The notes under the pieces: model-generated | What the model was told of the DNA's origin: nothing | Databases searched by the model: none | What the model saw: only the letters and a program-made list of their open reading frames with translations | Part shown: positions 9,901 through 18,784 of the stretch, piece by piece | How the letters are laid out: every line of letters begins with the position of its first letter | Numbering within the stretch: the first letter of the stretch is position 1 | Translations under genes and position numbers: made by a program | Sequence record: MZ424864.1 | Direction: 5' to 3' (one strand) | Length of the DNA: 43,510 bases | DNA from: Escherichia phage vB_EcoP_ZX6

Positions 9901-10681
9901 TGAGGATTTCCTCCCCCTCTCCTACTCCGGTAACATTAGCATCCCTAGCTGTACGAGTTGTAGGCGCATCCGGGTCAAAAGCAGGCTCACGCCCAGTACG
10001 GGCCCTAGCAGCAGCCTTAGCGGCCCTAGACATATCCCAGAGCTGGTCCAGTCCTGCTACCCCAGCAATTAGCGCCGTGACCACGGCAGATTGCCCCAGT
10101 TGGTCCTGGGCATACATTGCTGTACCTACGTCAGCAGCACGGATAGCGGAGCGTACGGCCAGGCCGGTGCGTCCAGCAATACCCGCCGCAGACACAGGGG
10201 CCAGGATGAATGGGGAATCGCCTACCAGAATACCAGCAAACCCAGCCACTGCATTGTCGGCCATTAAGCGGTCACGGTCACGCTGCTCAAGCATCTGCTG
10301 CATACGGTAGTTATAATCTTCAATCGACACAGAGTCGTGCAGATACTCAATCTCTTCCTGACTTGGGGCGTACAGCTTAGCACGGGTATCGCTACTCAAG
10401 GTCTGCTTGGCATTAAAGTTCGGGTCTCGGTCAAATGCAGGAGCAGAGGCCTTACGGATAGCGGCGGCAATGATGCTGTTACCCATACCCGATGCAAAGC
10501 TCTCTGCGGCTGTAGTAGCTGGGGTCTTGGCCTGCGCCAGTAAGGAGGCACGATCCAGTGCGTTCAGGCCGTTATCTCCAGCAGCATTCCAATCTACGCG
10601 CTCAGGCGCAGGTTTAATTGTTGCGCCCTTAGCAGAATCCTTTTCCTGTGGATTCGGTTCTTGGTTCAGAAACTGAGCCAT
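6983..10681 (-). CDS. internal virion protein D (T7 gp16-like ejection protein)
   Basis: 1232-aa ORF, the largest in the window, at the position of gp16 after the gp14/gp15 analogues. Contains an HELIH (HExxH) motif near residue 373. Confidence 0.8.
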   Translation of the reverse strand: MAQFLNQEPNPQEKDSAKGATIKPAPERVDWNAAGDNGLNALDRASLLAQAKTPATTAAESFASGMGNSIIAAAIRKASAPAFDRDPNFNAKQTLSSDTRAKLYAPSQEEIEYLHDSVSIEDYNYRMQQMLEQRDRDRLMADNAVAGFAGILVGDSPFILAPVSAAGIAGRTGLAVRSAIRAADVGTAMYAQDQLGQSAVVTALIAGVAGLDQLWDMSRAAKAAARARTGREPAFDPDAPTTRTARDANVTGVGEGEEILTRALDESIPVSRNNTASVNMKAQHVIQFLKTSVHLTAGQKAILDTLGDAVNDIDFKLVAGSANRSRYTYSQRDLALRGEVSLRAPKSANGTTWETAGDALRAMDAGTSRVAVHELIHAATARAIDSNPELAKRLEDIRAAVAANSTLTGRMRYYASDVHEMLAGLGDSPEWVEYLARTQSASGKSILRQVGEYIMNALGIKAKGSALEDVLDAYEDAVKWTAKDYADQAPSFRSEAFQDLAGSTTLNEARGAQAMLDGAKSKFATMFSLYDNIAQGNEDLAKLLVSDATAVGGRKPSVVDFKRNLTLEMDASASIVEDAIIGALRDRGVGMLSRFFHRQSFRTARAELEGRLGTYLDSAYSAEVHGRPVPVPDAEIAPLVDAYRRSGWAGKWYEHMRAAGLVDDGALVKSDYYFPRQYSYDKMRQGIMQGNTLDDYRALFRSALRDVYPSMESETVQRVAKGMVDGIYNGRAGQSGPMWKQLINGMGNDEVVMAMRSAGVDESAIQGFLTANVRESGSTSPARNLRQRTRFNMDKEYLVNGKNMRMQDLMDTDVAKVMHGYTNRMSGRVGMAYAGVQDLGQLGKMIDESKHTLANPAKWEKTVNDTIDFILGGAPADAGQLPDLLRAAGNMANATMLKNSGLYQITDTALAMKEFGMARVLRSMRDQPWFKEGSVAINTPDMASRLDVVLRGNIQRDMRFRWLNTYADDNLDLTRQASWFNVTQNVGQAARHVNGMSMVHRLQVNLNSGIVADELTQMFKGDAEAFKRLERFGLTREVADRAIAANKANPGAMFQPDLQMQVEVVGTRMMDYVVQQVRTGETSHFAQFNPIGKLIVGYQSFALAATNKILRRELNDAGWIGVAHIMAYQFPLMLLATMAKHSMDGKDSDTSRLISEAALGMSAIGGISMLSAAFLGDTPRHSLASMSYITGVLGALQGLATGDSDIKTFLRLVPLIQEFAPTRAIINNFGDD

Positions 10682-10699
10682 AATATCTCCTAAAAGAAT

Positions 10700-10731
10700 T
10701 TTGATAAGGGGAGGCCCCGAAGGGCCTCTAG
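10700..10731 (-). promoter_or_regulatory. intercistronic UUCG-tetraloop hairpin between internal virion protein genes
   Basis: Minus strand AGGCCC-UUCG-GGGCCU, between the gp15-like stop (10732) and gp16-like start (10681); no U-tract follows. Confidence 0.35.
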
Positions 10732-13416
10732 TTAGTGCGTTGCTTCAAAGAGCCAATCACGTAGGTTTTGTTCCAGGTACTTCTTACGCTCAGGCTGGGC
10801 CTGCTTGTACGCCGGGGTATTCCGTAGCGCTTGCCAAGCCCTACCCTGGGCCTCAGATACAGGGTACTGATACGCCCCCACCGGGGACTTAGCAGCCTTG
10901 CGTACCTGTGCCATCGCCTCTGCTACAGGGCCAGAGCTACCGTTACCACCGTGATAGTTCAGGTCCACCATTACCTTTAACGCCTCGTCGGAGGCATTCA
11001 AACCCTGCCCCTTGAGTTGCTTCTGCACGTTCGGGATGTACTGCTTCTCCATGGAGGACTTGAGGATACTGATACCGTCGTCAATGGTTACTTTCTGAGG
11101 GACCGGCATGCCTGAGTTAACGTGCAGACCGAAGCCTACGCTACCCTTGCCCTCACCTTCTCGGAACCCTTCGAACTTCATAGTGGTGGCGAGGATATCA
11201 CTAAACAGCGACGGTTCCAGCCCCACCGCGTTACGGCCGTTGACCTGTACGCTGACAGCACGTCCGTTGTCGTGGTCGTAGAAGGTAGCGGGACGTACAC
11301 CTACTTGTTCACTGCCAATCTTCATGGCCCCAGCTAGTGCTGAATCATACGCAGCCTGTGCAGTAGCCTGAACGTCGCGAAGGTTCACAGACATGGTCTG
11401 GAATGTGCCCTTCTTGTCGAACACGGTTACGGTCATATTCTGACCTGCGTTGCCCGCGGTGGCGGCCTGCACCACTACACGTTCCATGTTGCTAGGGTCG
11501 GTGATAGCCTGAACTTGGTTTTGAATCTGCTGTTGCAGAGTAGCCTTGAACTGCTCCTGGTCGCCCTTGTAGTCACCCATGATAGACTGCAGAGAGGTGC
11601 CTGCAGGCAGATACACATGCCTAGGTTTACCGGCAATTTCCAGCTCGAGCTTACGGGCTTGGATATTACCTTTGAGCATTGTGTTTATGTCCTCGGCATC
11701 CTTACCTACCAGAGATTCTGGGTTGCGGCTGTACGTGTAACGGTACTCCTCTTCCATAGCAGCACGCGCTTCCTGACGCTGCGCATCCGCTGTACCAAAG
11801 AAGCTGAACCAGTTACTGGTGCCGCTAGGGTCCACCATCTTGTCCGTAGGGTTACTCTGGATGTTGCTGTAGCGACCGCTGGCCTTGTTACGCGCCTGGC
11901 GGCGCAGGTCATCCAAGATAGTATTGCTGGCATTACTCGGGTTTTGTGCAATAGCTTTCTGCACCACCCCCTGCCACTCGGACGGGACCTCAGACAGCAG
12001 CGCCATCTTCCCTAAGTCCGTACTGGCGCTATAAGCCTGTGCCCACAAGTTGATGCTGCTGACGTTCTCACGGGAAACCTCACCGTCCTCACCGAGCTGG
12101 TCCAGCGTAGTCAGTGTACGTGCCATGTCCGAAGACATACGCTTGTGCGCCTCATTGACGGCCCACGCATCCTTGCTGTTGCTCCCGTATGCTAGCAGCT
12201 GCAGGTTCCCTTCCGGGGTGTCCGGAAAGCTCTTGAGCAGCTCATTGCGTGCCTTACCCAGGTCCCCCTTGTACATCCCCGCCAGGGTGGAGCTTGGCAT
12301 GTTCCCAGTAATTGCTGTGCGCAATGCTTGGGTGTCCGCCGCCTTCTCGCGAATGGTCTGGGCCTTGTTCCAGAACTCCATGCTGGTCCCAGCGCTGAGC
12401 ACATCCGATACCGACAACTCAATGACGCGACTACGAATGCGCGCCATCGTCTGTTCCTGCTGCTCAGGAGTCTGCCCTTCTAAGGATGAGATTGCGTCAG
12501 AGATTTCAAAACGGGCCTGGGTCTCAATCTGAGCACCGGCGCGCTTGAACTCCTGATACAGTGCTGCGTTGACATCCACGGAGTTGACGCCGAGTTCCTT
12601 GGTGGCCATTTCCTGCAGCTGGTTAATTACCAGCGGGTCCTGCGTCTGCTGCGCTACACTAACCAGATACTGCTTAGCCCGGTCCAGCTTCTTGTTCTTG
12701 TCCAAGTGCTCCGCAGCCAGGATACTGTCTAAGCCCGTCTTAATGGACATCTGCGCGGCGGCACCCTGTCCTGCCTGCAGACGCTGATAGAACTCATCGC
12801 TGGACGCACTCAGTCCACGGTCAAGGGAACGGTCAGCCTGGGCCAGGGCGAACGCAGCACGTCCTTTCTGGAAGGCTGTATAGTTAGCCATACTGGTAGC
12901 GCGGAGCTGCTGCAGTATATTCGTAGCAGACTGCTTGGACATATCCGGGAGATACATCCCGAGCTTGTCTGACATTGACTGTACGTGCTCTTGCTCCTGC
13001 TGCTGGAATTCCTCGTCAGTCAGCCCTGCCTCGGCAGCTTTCTTAGCCCTGGCGATGCTGTCTGTGCGCCACTTGGCTAGAGTGTCGTACGCGGCGGCGG
13101 ATACGTAGCCGTCCTGGTAGGCTTCGCGCACGAAGATGTTTTGCTTCTGTACAGCCTCGTCCTTGGAGGCCATTGCATCTACTGCGCCCTGAGCATCCAT
13201 AGCGCCGCGCACGGTGGCGGCTGCGGCGTTTTCTTTTACTGCCTCGTCGAAACCTACGCCGAAGTCCTGCACGAATCCAGACAGGGCGGCTAGGCGTTTT
13301 GCTTTGGAGGTATCAACAGATACTTCACTTACCGTTGACGGTAAGCTAACATCGTTGGACTGCAGTTGCACTCCTCCGATATTTAACCCCTGTCTACCGG
13401 GTTGAATTACAGGCAT
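10732..13416 (-). CDS. internal virion protein C (T7 gp15-like)
   Basis: 894-aa largely alpha-helical ORF between the gp14-like and gp16-like genes. Confidence 0.75.
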   Translation of the reverse strand: MPVIQPGRQGLNIGGVQLQSNDVSLPSTVSEVSVDTSKAKRLAALSGFVQDFGVGFDEAVKENAAAATVRGAMDAQGAVDAMASKDEAVQKQNIFVREAYQDGYVSAAAYDTLAKWRTDSIARAKKAAEAGLTDEEFQQQEQEHVQSMSDKLGMYLPDMSKQSATNILQQLRATSMANYTAFQKGRAAFALAQADRSLDRGLSASSDEFYQRLQAGQGAAAQMSIKTGLDSILAAEHLDKNKKLDRAKQYLVSVAQQTQDPLVINQLQEMATKELGVNSVDVNAALYQEFKRAGAQIETQARFEISDAISSLEGQTPEQQEQTMARIRSRVIELSVSDVLSAGTSMEFWNKAQTIREKAADTQALRTAITGNMPSSTLAGMYKGDLGKARNELLKSFPDTPEGNLQLLAYGSNSKDAWAVNEAHKRMSSDMARTLTTLDQLGEDGEVSRENVSSINLWAQAYSASTDLGKMALLSEVPSEWQGVVQKAIAQNPSNASNTILDDLRRQARNKASGRYSNIQSNPTDKMVDPSGTSNWFSFFGTADAQRQEARAAMEEEYRYTYSRNPESLVGKDAEDINTMLKGNIQARKLELEIAGKPRHVYLPAGTSLQSIMGDYKGDQEQFKATLQQQIQNQVQAITDPSNMERVVVQAATAGNAGQNMTVTVFDKKGTFQTMSVNLRDVQATAQAAYDSALAGAMKIGSEQVGVRPATFYDHDNGRAVSVQVNGRNAVGLEPSLFSDILATTMKFEGFREGEGKGSVGFGLHVNSGMPVPQKVTIDDGISILKSSMEKQYIPNVQKQLKGQGLNASDEALKVMVDLNYHGGNGSSGPVAEAMAQVRKAAKSPVGAYQYPVSEAQGRAWQALRNTPAYKQAQPERKKYLEQNLRDWLFEATH

Positions 13417-13433
13417 TTAGTATTCCTCCTAAT

Positions 13434-14021
13434 TTACCAGGTGTGAACTGGGCTATTGCCCTTACTCCCCCATAAGTCATAGGAGGATGCCATGCTCTGC
13501 GTAGCTGACGCTCCGCTCCCAGGCGAAGAGCTGCCAGAGTCTGAAGATGACGCAGCGTTACCGGCGTACTGCCCAACAGCGGATGCCCCGACACTCAACA
13601 GTGAGTTAAACATGTTATCGTACGGGTCCTCCATATCCATGTTAGCCAGGCCGCTATCCACGGCCTTATCTGTCATTAGACGGAAGCCCTCTTCCTGAGT
13701 TGCCTGCTGGTCACGCACGCTGACCTCTTGCCTCCCGGCTACAGTGTTAACCGTGGCTACGGCGTCTTTAACAGAGGCTCCCACAGTGCCGGAAGCTGCT
13801 GCCTGCAGCCCTACTTGGCTCTGTGCCTGCAGCTTCTGCTGCTGAATGTTAAACAGAGACACCTCAGTCCGGTCCCTGGACTGGGCGCGCTGTAGCGCGA
13901 TGTCGTTTAGCTGTTTGGCTGTCTGTTGAATCACAGCCTTGTTCCTGGCCTTGGACACTTCAATCTGAGCACCCTGCCCCAGAACGGTCTTAGCGGCCAT
14001 GGCCGCAACCATCCACCACAT
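13434..14021 (-). CDS. internal virion protein B (T7 gp14-like)
   Basis: 195 aa, immediately downstream of tail tubular protein B (stop/start adjacent); helical Ala/Gln-rich composition. Confidence 0.6.
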   Translation of the reverse strand: MWWMVAAMAAKTVLGQGAQIEVSKARNKAVIQQTAKQLNDIALQRAQSRDRTEVSLFNIQQQKLQAQSQVGLQAAASGTVGASVKDAVATVNTVAGRQEVSVRDQQATQEEGFRLMTDKAVDSGLANMDMEDPYDNMFNSLLSVGASAVGQYAGNAASSSDSGSSSPGSGASATQSMASSYDLWGSKGNSPVHTW

Positions 14022-14022
14022 A

Positions 14023-16371
14023 TTAAATTCTCCGTCTGCGTTGGTTGTAGCGCAGGATGTACGAGATATCCAGCACGTTCAGTTCCATAGAACCGTCAGT
14101 AAATAGTGACACCTCGGTTGTGTCTGCGTTGGTACGACATGGCACGGTAATCGTAGCCAGGTCCATACGCAGGGCCTGCCCAAGCGTCAGCTCCTTTGAG
14201 TTCATCAGGATACCGGTTAGTTCTCCACCCCAATTAACGTCCCGCGGGGTGTCTAGTACCTGTACGTCGAAGTGCCCAGAGTTACGTACTGCCACGTCCA
14301 GACGCAGCAGGCGCACATGCCCACTTCCCACGAGCTTGTCATTCTGGTCCCGTAGAATAGGCGCAGTTAGCGTGAACGTACTACGGTAACGTCTCCCGAT
14401 TACATAAGTGCCATCAGGTACGCCGCGCACAACCCGTAGGGTGTTCTCCCCGGCAATCTCCTTGATGCCAACCTCAGTAGGCCCCATAGGGTTGCTGGGT
14501 AAGTACGTTAGGATAAGCTCTTCCTTGTAGTTGTCCGCCCACCCAACCGGGCGCAATACCGCCGGAACAGTGAACACTCCGCCCTGCACTTGAACTTGCT
14601 TCTGCAAATCCGAGTAGGCTTCGCGGTATTCTGAGCCCAGCTGATAACCTTCACGCGGGTCCATAGACACAATCAAAAGCTTGTTGCTGGGACTGGGCCC
14701 TTGCATGTACAAGAACACCTCATCCTCCAGCGCCTGTACACTCAGGATTGGATACGGGAACGACCACTTATGCCACGCCGCCTGCATCTTCGCGCCGTCA
14801 CTTCCGCCCCACATGAACTCGTAGACCAGCAGACTATTACGCTCTCCAGACATGCGCGAGAAGGCCATATTGGTGACACTGGAGTTTTGCATCTGCAATA
14901 CCCTGCCTGGGATATACCGAGGTAGGTGCACCGTGGCATCCTGCGTAGTGTACTGCGCCGCGGTGTAAGGCGATGGGATTAGCTCCAGAATACCAGCGTA
15001 GCTGTCGTTGCGCTTGTTCGGGTATATTACTGTCTGCCCAGCCATTACCGGGGTAACACGGCTGTCACAATCGTAGGTGCTGGTAATGCTAATGCTTGCG
15101 TTGGTAGGCGTAAGCACTGCAGAGCCCGGCACAACAGCCTGCATGCTGTTAGCGAATAGGACCAGGTCTCGGTTGAACTGCACAGCGGTGCGGTACACAG
15201 AATCCTGCGCAGACGCAGAGCTAATGCTGATACGGTCCGTATCCAGCAGAGATGTCACGGTAGAACGATAGAAGCGCTGATACAGGCCAGAGGCCGACAT
15301 ATCCACGGAGCTACCACTAAGCAGGACCAGGCGGCCCTGAAAAGCTGCGATACCAGTGATGTAGCCATTCTCTATGAAACCGGGATTGCTGTTATTATCG
15401 TCGTTACCTGCTAAGCGCCCCTCCCAATCCCGCGCAATAATGTTGTCGTCCGCAGCAAGCTCTCTGGGCATATTCGTAATCTTGGTGATACTGCCGTATG
15501 CCCCAACCTCATACCAGGTACGTTCGCTGTAATTGAACTGATACCATGCAGTCTCCGACGAGGCCGTACCTACTCGGCACATTGCCCCATCGGCTTCTGC
15601 GGGGAGCTGTGCAGGCAGGTCCTGTTCCTGGGGAACCCTGCTCTGCCCTGACGCCACTGCATACGTAGCACCAGAAGACGTACTCACTACTAAATTAGGT
15701 AGCCCGGCTATGTACATGTACGCCCCAAAGCCGACTACTGTACCCCCAGCCGCTGTGATAGCCGCACCTATACCATACCCGTTAGGGTCTCCATTAATAA
15801 GTGCGTTTATCACGAATGACGCAGATGCCCACTCTGCTGACTCTGTGCCACTACTGGCGTCAGGTACGTTATAGTACCCTGTGACGGATCCCCCCGACCA
15901 AGTCACCGTAACCTCCCAACGCTTCTGGAAAGCCGCAGCCTTGACGTAGAAGAATCCAGTAGTGCTGGGGTCAATACGCCCAGTATTGTCCACGGCAGTG
16001 ACCGGAGCCATCTCCATGTTTAAAATATAAGTCAGCCCCGCAATGCTGGCGGTCTGCAAGGAGGTCTGCCCTGCTGTTGCAATAAAGTACGGGTCGTTGC
16101 CCGAGTTAACGACGGTCTTTCCATGCTTAGCCAGCAGCCACCAGTTACCGTTGCTGGTGTTAATCAGCAGGTGCCTACCGTCAGTGCCACGCTCGACGTA
16201 TTCAGTGAACAGGGAGTCAAGCCCCAGATTATCAATCGTACTCTCCCAGACAATCTCGCCCGGCGGTCTACGGCGGATACCCGAAACCGGGTCGCTTAGC
16301 ATGTTCAGCTGCGCCCCCAGCTGCCCGGGCTGGCGCTCTCTTGGAACCTGCTGGGAGACCCCCTGCAGCAA
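14023..16371 (-). CDS. tail tubular protein B (T7 gp12-like)
   Basis: 782 aa; size and position match gp12 of T7-group phages. Confidence 0.85.
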   Translation of the reverse strand: MLQGVSQQVPRERQPGQLGAQLNMLSDPVSGIRRRPPGEIVWESTIDNLGLDSLFTEYVERGTDGRHLLINTSNGNWWLLAKHGKTVVNSGNDPYFIATAGQTSLQTASIAGLTYILNMEMAPVTAVDNTGRIDPSTTGFFYVKAAAFQKRWEVTVTWSGGSVTGYYNVPDASSGTESAEWASASFVINALINGDPNGYGIGAAITAAGGTVVGFGAYMYIAGLPNLVVSTSSGATYAVASGQSRVPQEQDLPAQLPAEADGAMCRVGTASSETAWYQFNYSERTWYEVGAYGSITKITNMPRELAADDNIIARDWEGRLAGNDDNNSNPGFIENGYITGIAAFQGRLVLLSGSSVDMSASGLYQRFYRSTVTSLLDTDRISISSASAQDSVYRTAVQFNRDLVLFANSMQAVVPGSAVLTPTNASISITSTYDCDSRVTPVMAGQTVIYPNKRNDSYAGILELIPSPYTAAQYTTQDATVHLPRYIPGRVLQMQNSSVTNMAFSRMSGERNSLLVYEFMWGGSDGAKMQAAWHKWSFPYPILSVQALEDEVFLYMQGPSPSNKLLIVSMDPREGYQLGSEYREAYSDLQKQVQVQGGVFTVPAVLRPVGWADNYKEELILTYLPSNPMGPTEVGIKEIAGENTLRVVRGVPDGTYVIGRRYRSTFTLTAPILRDQNDKLVGSGHVRLLRLDVAVRNSGHFDVQVLDTPRDVNWGGELTGILMNSKELTLGQALRMDLATITVPCRTNADTTEVSLFTDGSMELNVLDISYILRYNQRRRRI

Positions 16372-16396
16372 GCTCTGTATAGTACCTTCTAATGAA

Positions 16397-16885
16397 CTAG
16401 CTATGATACACCTCCAAGCACGCTCTTAGATATGCTGCACGAGCATCCAGCATGCACTTAAAAGAACCAATGTCAATCTGACTTGAGCGTCCTGGCTTAC
16501 GGATACGTACCCGCCATACATTACGCCGCGCGTACCAGCTGAAACCCACAGCCGATACACATAGCTGCCCCTTTCTAACGTTAGCCTGAGGGGTTATTGC
16601 CTGCAGACTATCTGGGTGGGGGTTGTATTTATTACCGTCTATGGGGTCAATAACTAAACCTTCCGGTATAGGGCATTTGTGCTTTAGCATCCACACGGCT
16701 TGGTGTACCAGCACTCTGCGTTTCCCTATAGATACCGACGGGTACTTACCCGTCATACTTCCCGCAGGCTTACCTGCAACTGCCTGACAGTTACCCTGGC
16801 GCTTACTAGTGTACGCCCAACGTAACATAGTGGGGCTGGAGGTATCGAGCACCAGCGCGGCGCTTACCATCTCAAACTTACCCAT
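16397..16885 (-). CDS. HNH homing endonuclease with AP2-like DNA-binding domain
   Basis: 162 aa. HNH core ..HQAVWMLKH..IDPIDGNKYNPHPDSLQAITPQANVRK.. and a C-terminal AP2-like segment ..WYARRNVWRVRIRKPGRSSQIDIGSF... Inserted between tail tubular protein A and B genes. Confidence 0.7.
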   Translation of the reverse strand: MGKFEMVSAALVLDTSSPTMLRWAYTSKRQGNCQAVAGKPAGSMTGKYPSVSIGKRRVLVHQAVWMLKHKCPIPEGLVIDPIDGNKYNPHPDSLQAITPQANVRKGQLCVSAVGFSWYARRNVWRVRIRKPGRSSQIDIGSFKCMLDARAAYLRACLEVYHS

Positions 16886-16894
16886 AACCTCTCC

Positions 16895-17455
16895 TTAAAC
16901 CATAAAACGAGCGTGGCGGATTCTGCGTGCAAAGCGTGTCTTACGGGTGCTAAACTTCTGGTTGCGCAGATGCTCACGCAGCACCATGCTCTTGTAACGC
17001 TCAGCTTCCTGTGCGTAATTAGCGTAGTTGCTGTCACCACCCAGGTCGTTGAGATATACCTGCGCAGTGGTGTAGTTAGCCACCCACATAGCCGCGTGCT
17101 CCGGCAGGTCCTCAAAATCCAAGTCCAGGACTATTTTGAGCTTAACGGAGCTGTCGAAATATTGGTTCTGCTCCATTAGGTCGTACAGGTTCCCATCACG
17201 TACTCCGTATTTGGAGTCGGAACCAGCATCGTATACGGCCAACTGGTTCCACGGCACTTTAATAAAACCGTCAGTAGTAGGCGTAACTTCACGCTCCACC
17301 ACGTTAAACCAGAACCCCGTGCTGAGTAACCCCCGACGGTTGCGTGCAAGTGCAGAGCGGGCTAGCCCCGCACTTGGGTTGCTGGTAGATATGTCCATAA
17401 CGCGAGACTCCCCCAGGGCTTCCAGCGTCATGTTAATGGCTTCGAGTTCTCTCAT
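16895..17455 (-). CDS. tail tubular protein A (T7 gp11-like)
   Basis: Track ORF 16895..17530 begins with a GTG inside the upstream terminator hairpin. The likely true start is the ATG at 17455, preceded by AGAGGAA with a 5-nt spacer, giving ~186 aa (T7 gp11 is 196 aa). Confidence 0.8.
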   Translation of the reverse strand: MRELEAINMTLEALGESRVMDISTSNPSAGLARSALARNRRGLLSTGFWFNVVEREVTPTTDGFIKVPWNQLAVYDAGSDSKYGVRDGNLYDLMEQNQYFDSSVKLKIVLDLDFEDLPEHAAMWVANYTTAQVYLNDLGGDSNYANYAQEAERYKSMVLREHLRNQKFSTRKTRFARRIRHARFMV

Positions 17456-17501
17456 ATTTGTTCCTCTATTAAAGACCCCTTGGACCCTTAAGACAGGGAC
17501 A

Positions 17502-17541
17502 AAAAAAAAGCCCCCGGCACCCGAAGGCACCAGGGGCGCGT
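17502..17541 (-). terminator. intrinsic (rho-independent) terminator downstream of the capsid gene
   Basis: Minus-strand RNA GCGCCCCUGGUGCC-UUCG-GGUGCCGGGGGC followed by nine U. GC-rich ~12-bp stem with a UUCG tetraloop. Sits between the capsid/60-aa ORF and tail tube A, like T-phi of T7. Confidence 0.75.
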
Positions 17542-17542
17542 A

Positions 17543-17725
17543 TTACTCTTCCGCAGTATCAGCGGCTACGTCAGCCGCCTTACGGGTTTTCTTGGTAGCC
17601 TTGCGGCCAGATTCAACCGAAGCCACCTGGATGTTCTTCGCTACATCGGTGGCGGCCTTAACCGCCTCCCGCTGAGCTGCGTTGGCCTGAAGAGTCTCTA
17701 GACCAAACTGGGCGATTACTGCCAT
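17543..17725 (-). CDS. hypothetical protein (60 aa) downstream of major capsid gene
   Basis: Small Ala/Lys-rich minus-strand ORF between the capsid gene and the terminator; coding status uncertain. Confidence 0.4.
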   Translation of the reverse strand: MAVIAQFGLETLQANAAQREAVKAATDVAKNIQVASVESGRKATKKTRKAADVAADTAEE

Positions 17726-17736
17726 TGAACCTCCAA

Positions 17737-18759
17737 TTAGGCCGTCTTGGTGGTGAGGGTGAACTTGGTCACTGCAGCGGTGTCCGGACGACGCAGACCG
17801 ATGTTATACATCGCGTAGCAGTCCAGCACGTTACTGAACTCGCGCTCATCATCCCAGATACGGGAGGTGAACGGCTTCGCTTCAACAGTCACCAGAGTCT
17901 TGGACTTGCTGAAAGTCACCATACGGCACAGCGCGTCGTCATCGGTGACGGTGTAAGCAGAGCCCAGAGGGTGCGTACCAGCCGAGGTCGGGAACTCGGT
18001 GCACTCTACTACAGGCACGCCGTTCATCTTCACTACACGACGGTCTTTGTAACCGTCGTTGTTGGACGCACCGAAGTCCAGGTTCAGGAGCTTCGGATGC
18101 TCCAGCAGACGCGAATAGGTATCGACATCCACCAGGGTAATCATGTCCGCCAGCGGGGTCTTGCGCTTGATGAGTTCATCGATACCAGCCTTGTGGGCCA
18201 GGTTGATGTTCATGGCGTTCGCCTCCATCTCAGCCTGAGTCAGCTGCGTGGCGGTAGTGGTGCCAGGAACCAGGATAGCTGCGCCCACCTCAATACCGTC
18301 ATTGAACGCCGGTTTCAGGTGCGCCGGGGCAACCCAGGAACGGCCCTTGATGAGCTGAATCAGGTGCGCCCGGTCGAAGACCTCTGCGAACTCAGAGCCG
18401 TTGTTCTGACCCATCTCGGTCAGGAAGTCCGGACCGGTCCAGTCATCCTGGTAGTCAATCGGGTTACGGATATACAGCACCGTATCCACCACGATAATCA
18501 TCTTATCGTTACGGACCGGGGTGCTATCCAGCGCCCCACCAGAGCGACGACCCTTCACCGAGGAGGTGTTCAGGCGGTCAATGCGGTAGGTGTTGGAACC
18601 GCTGATAGAGCGCTGGCTGGAGAGGCCCAGGAACAGAGCTTGGTACTGGAAGCGGGTATCCACTTCGTTCTGGTATACTTCCAGGTGAACGTCTACATCA
18701 GACTGCGCGCCTGCCCAGTGAGGTCTGGTCAAGCCAGCTTTATAGATGGTATCTGCCAT
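17737..18759 (-). CDS. major capsid protein (T7 gp10-like)
   Basis: 340 aa; MADTIYKAGLTRPHWAGAQSDVDVHLEVYQNEVDTRFQYQALF.. is typical of T7-group major capsid proteins; follows the scaffold gene. Confidence 0.9.
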   Translation of the reverse strand: MADTIYKAGLTRPHWAGAQSDVDVHLEVYQNEVDTRFQYQALFLGLSSQRSISGSNTYRIDRLNTSSVKGRRSGGALDSTPVRNDKMIIVVDTVLYIRNPIDYQDDWTGPDFLTEMGQNNGSEFAEVFDRAHLIQLIKGRSWVAPAHLKPAFNDGIEVGAAILVPGTTTATQLTQAEMEANAMNINLAHKAGIDELIKRKTPLADMITLVDVDTYSRLLEHPKLLNLDFGASNNDGYKDRRVVKMNGVPVVECTEFPTSAGTHPLGSAYTVTDDDALCRMVTFSKSKTLVTVEAKPFTSRIWDDEREFSNVLDCYAMYNIGLRRPDTAAVTKFTLTTKTA

Positions 18760-18784
18760 ATCTTACTTTTCCTTTTAAATGAGA

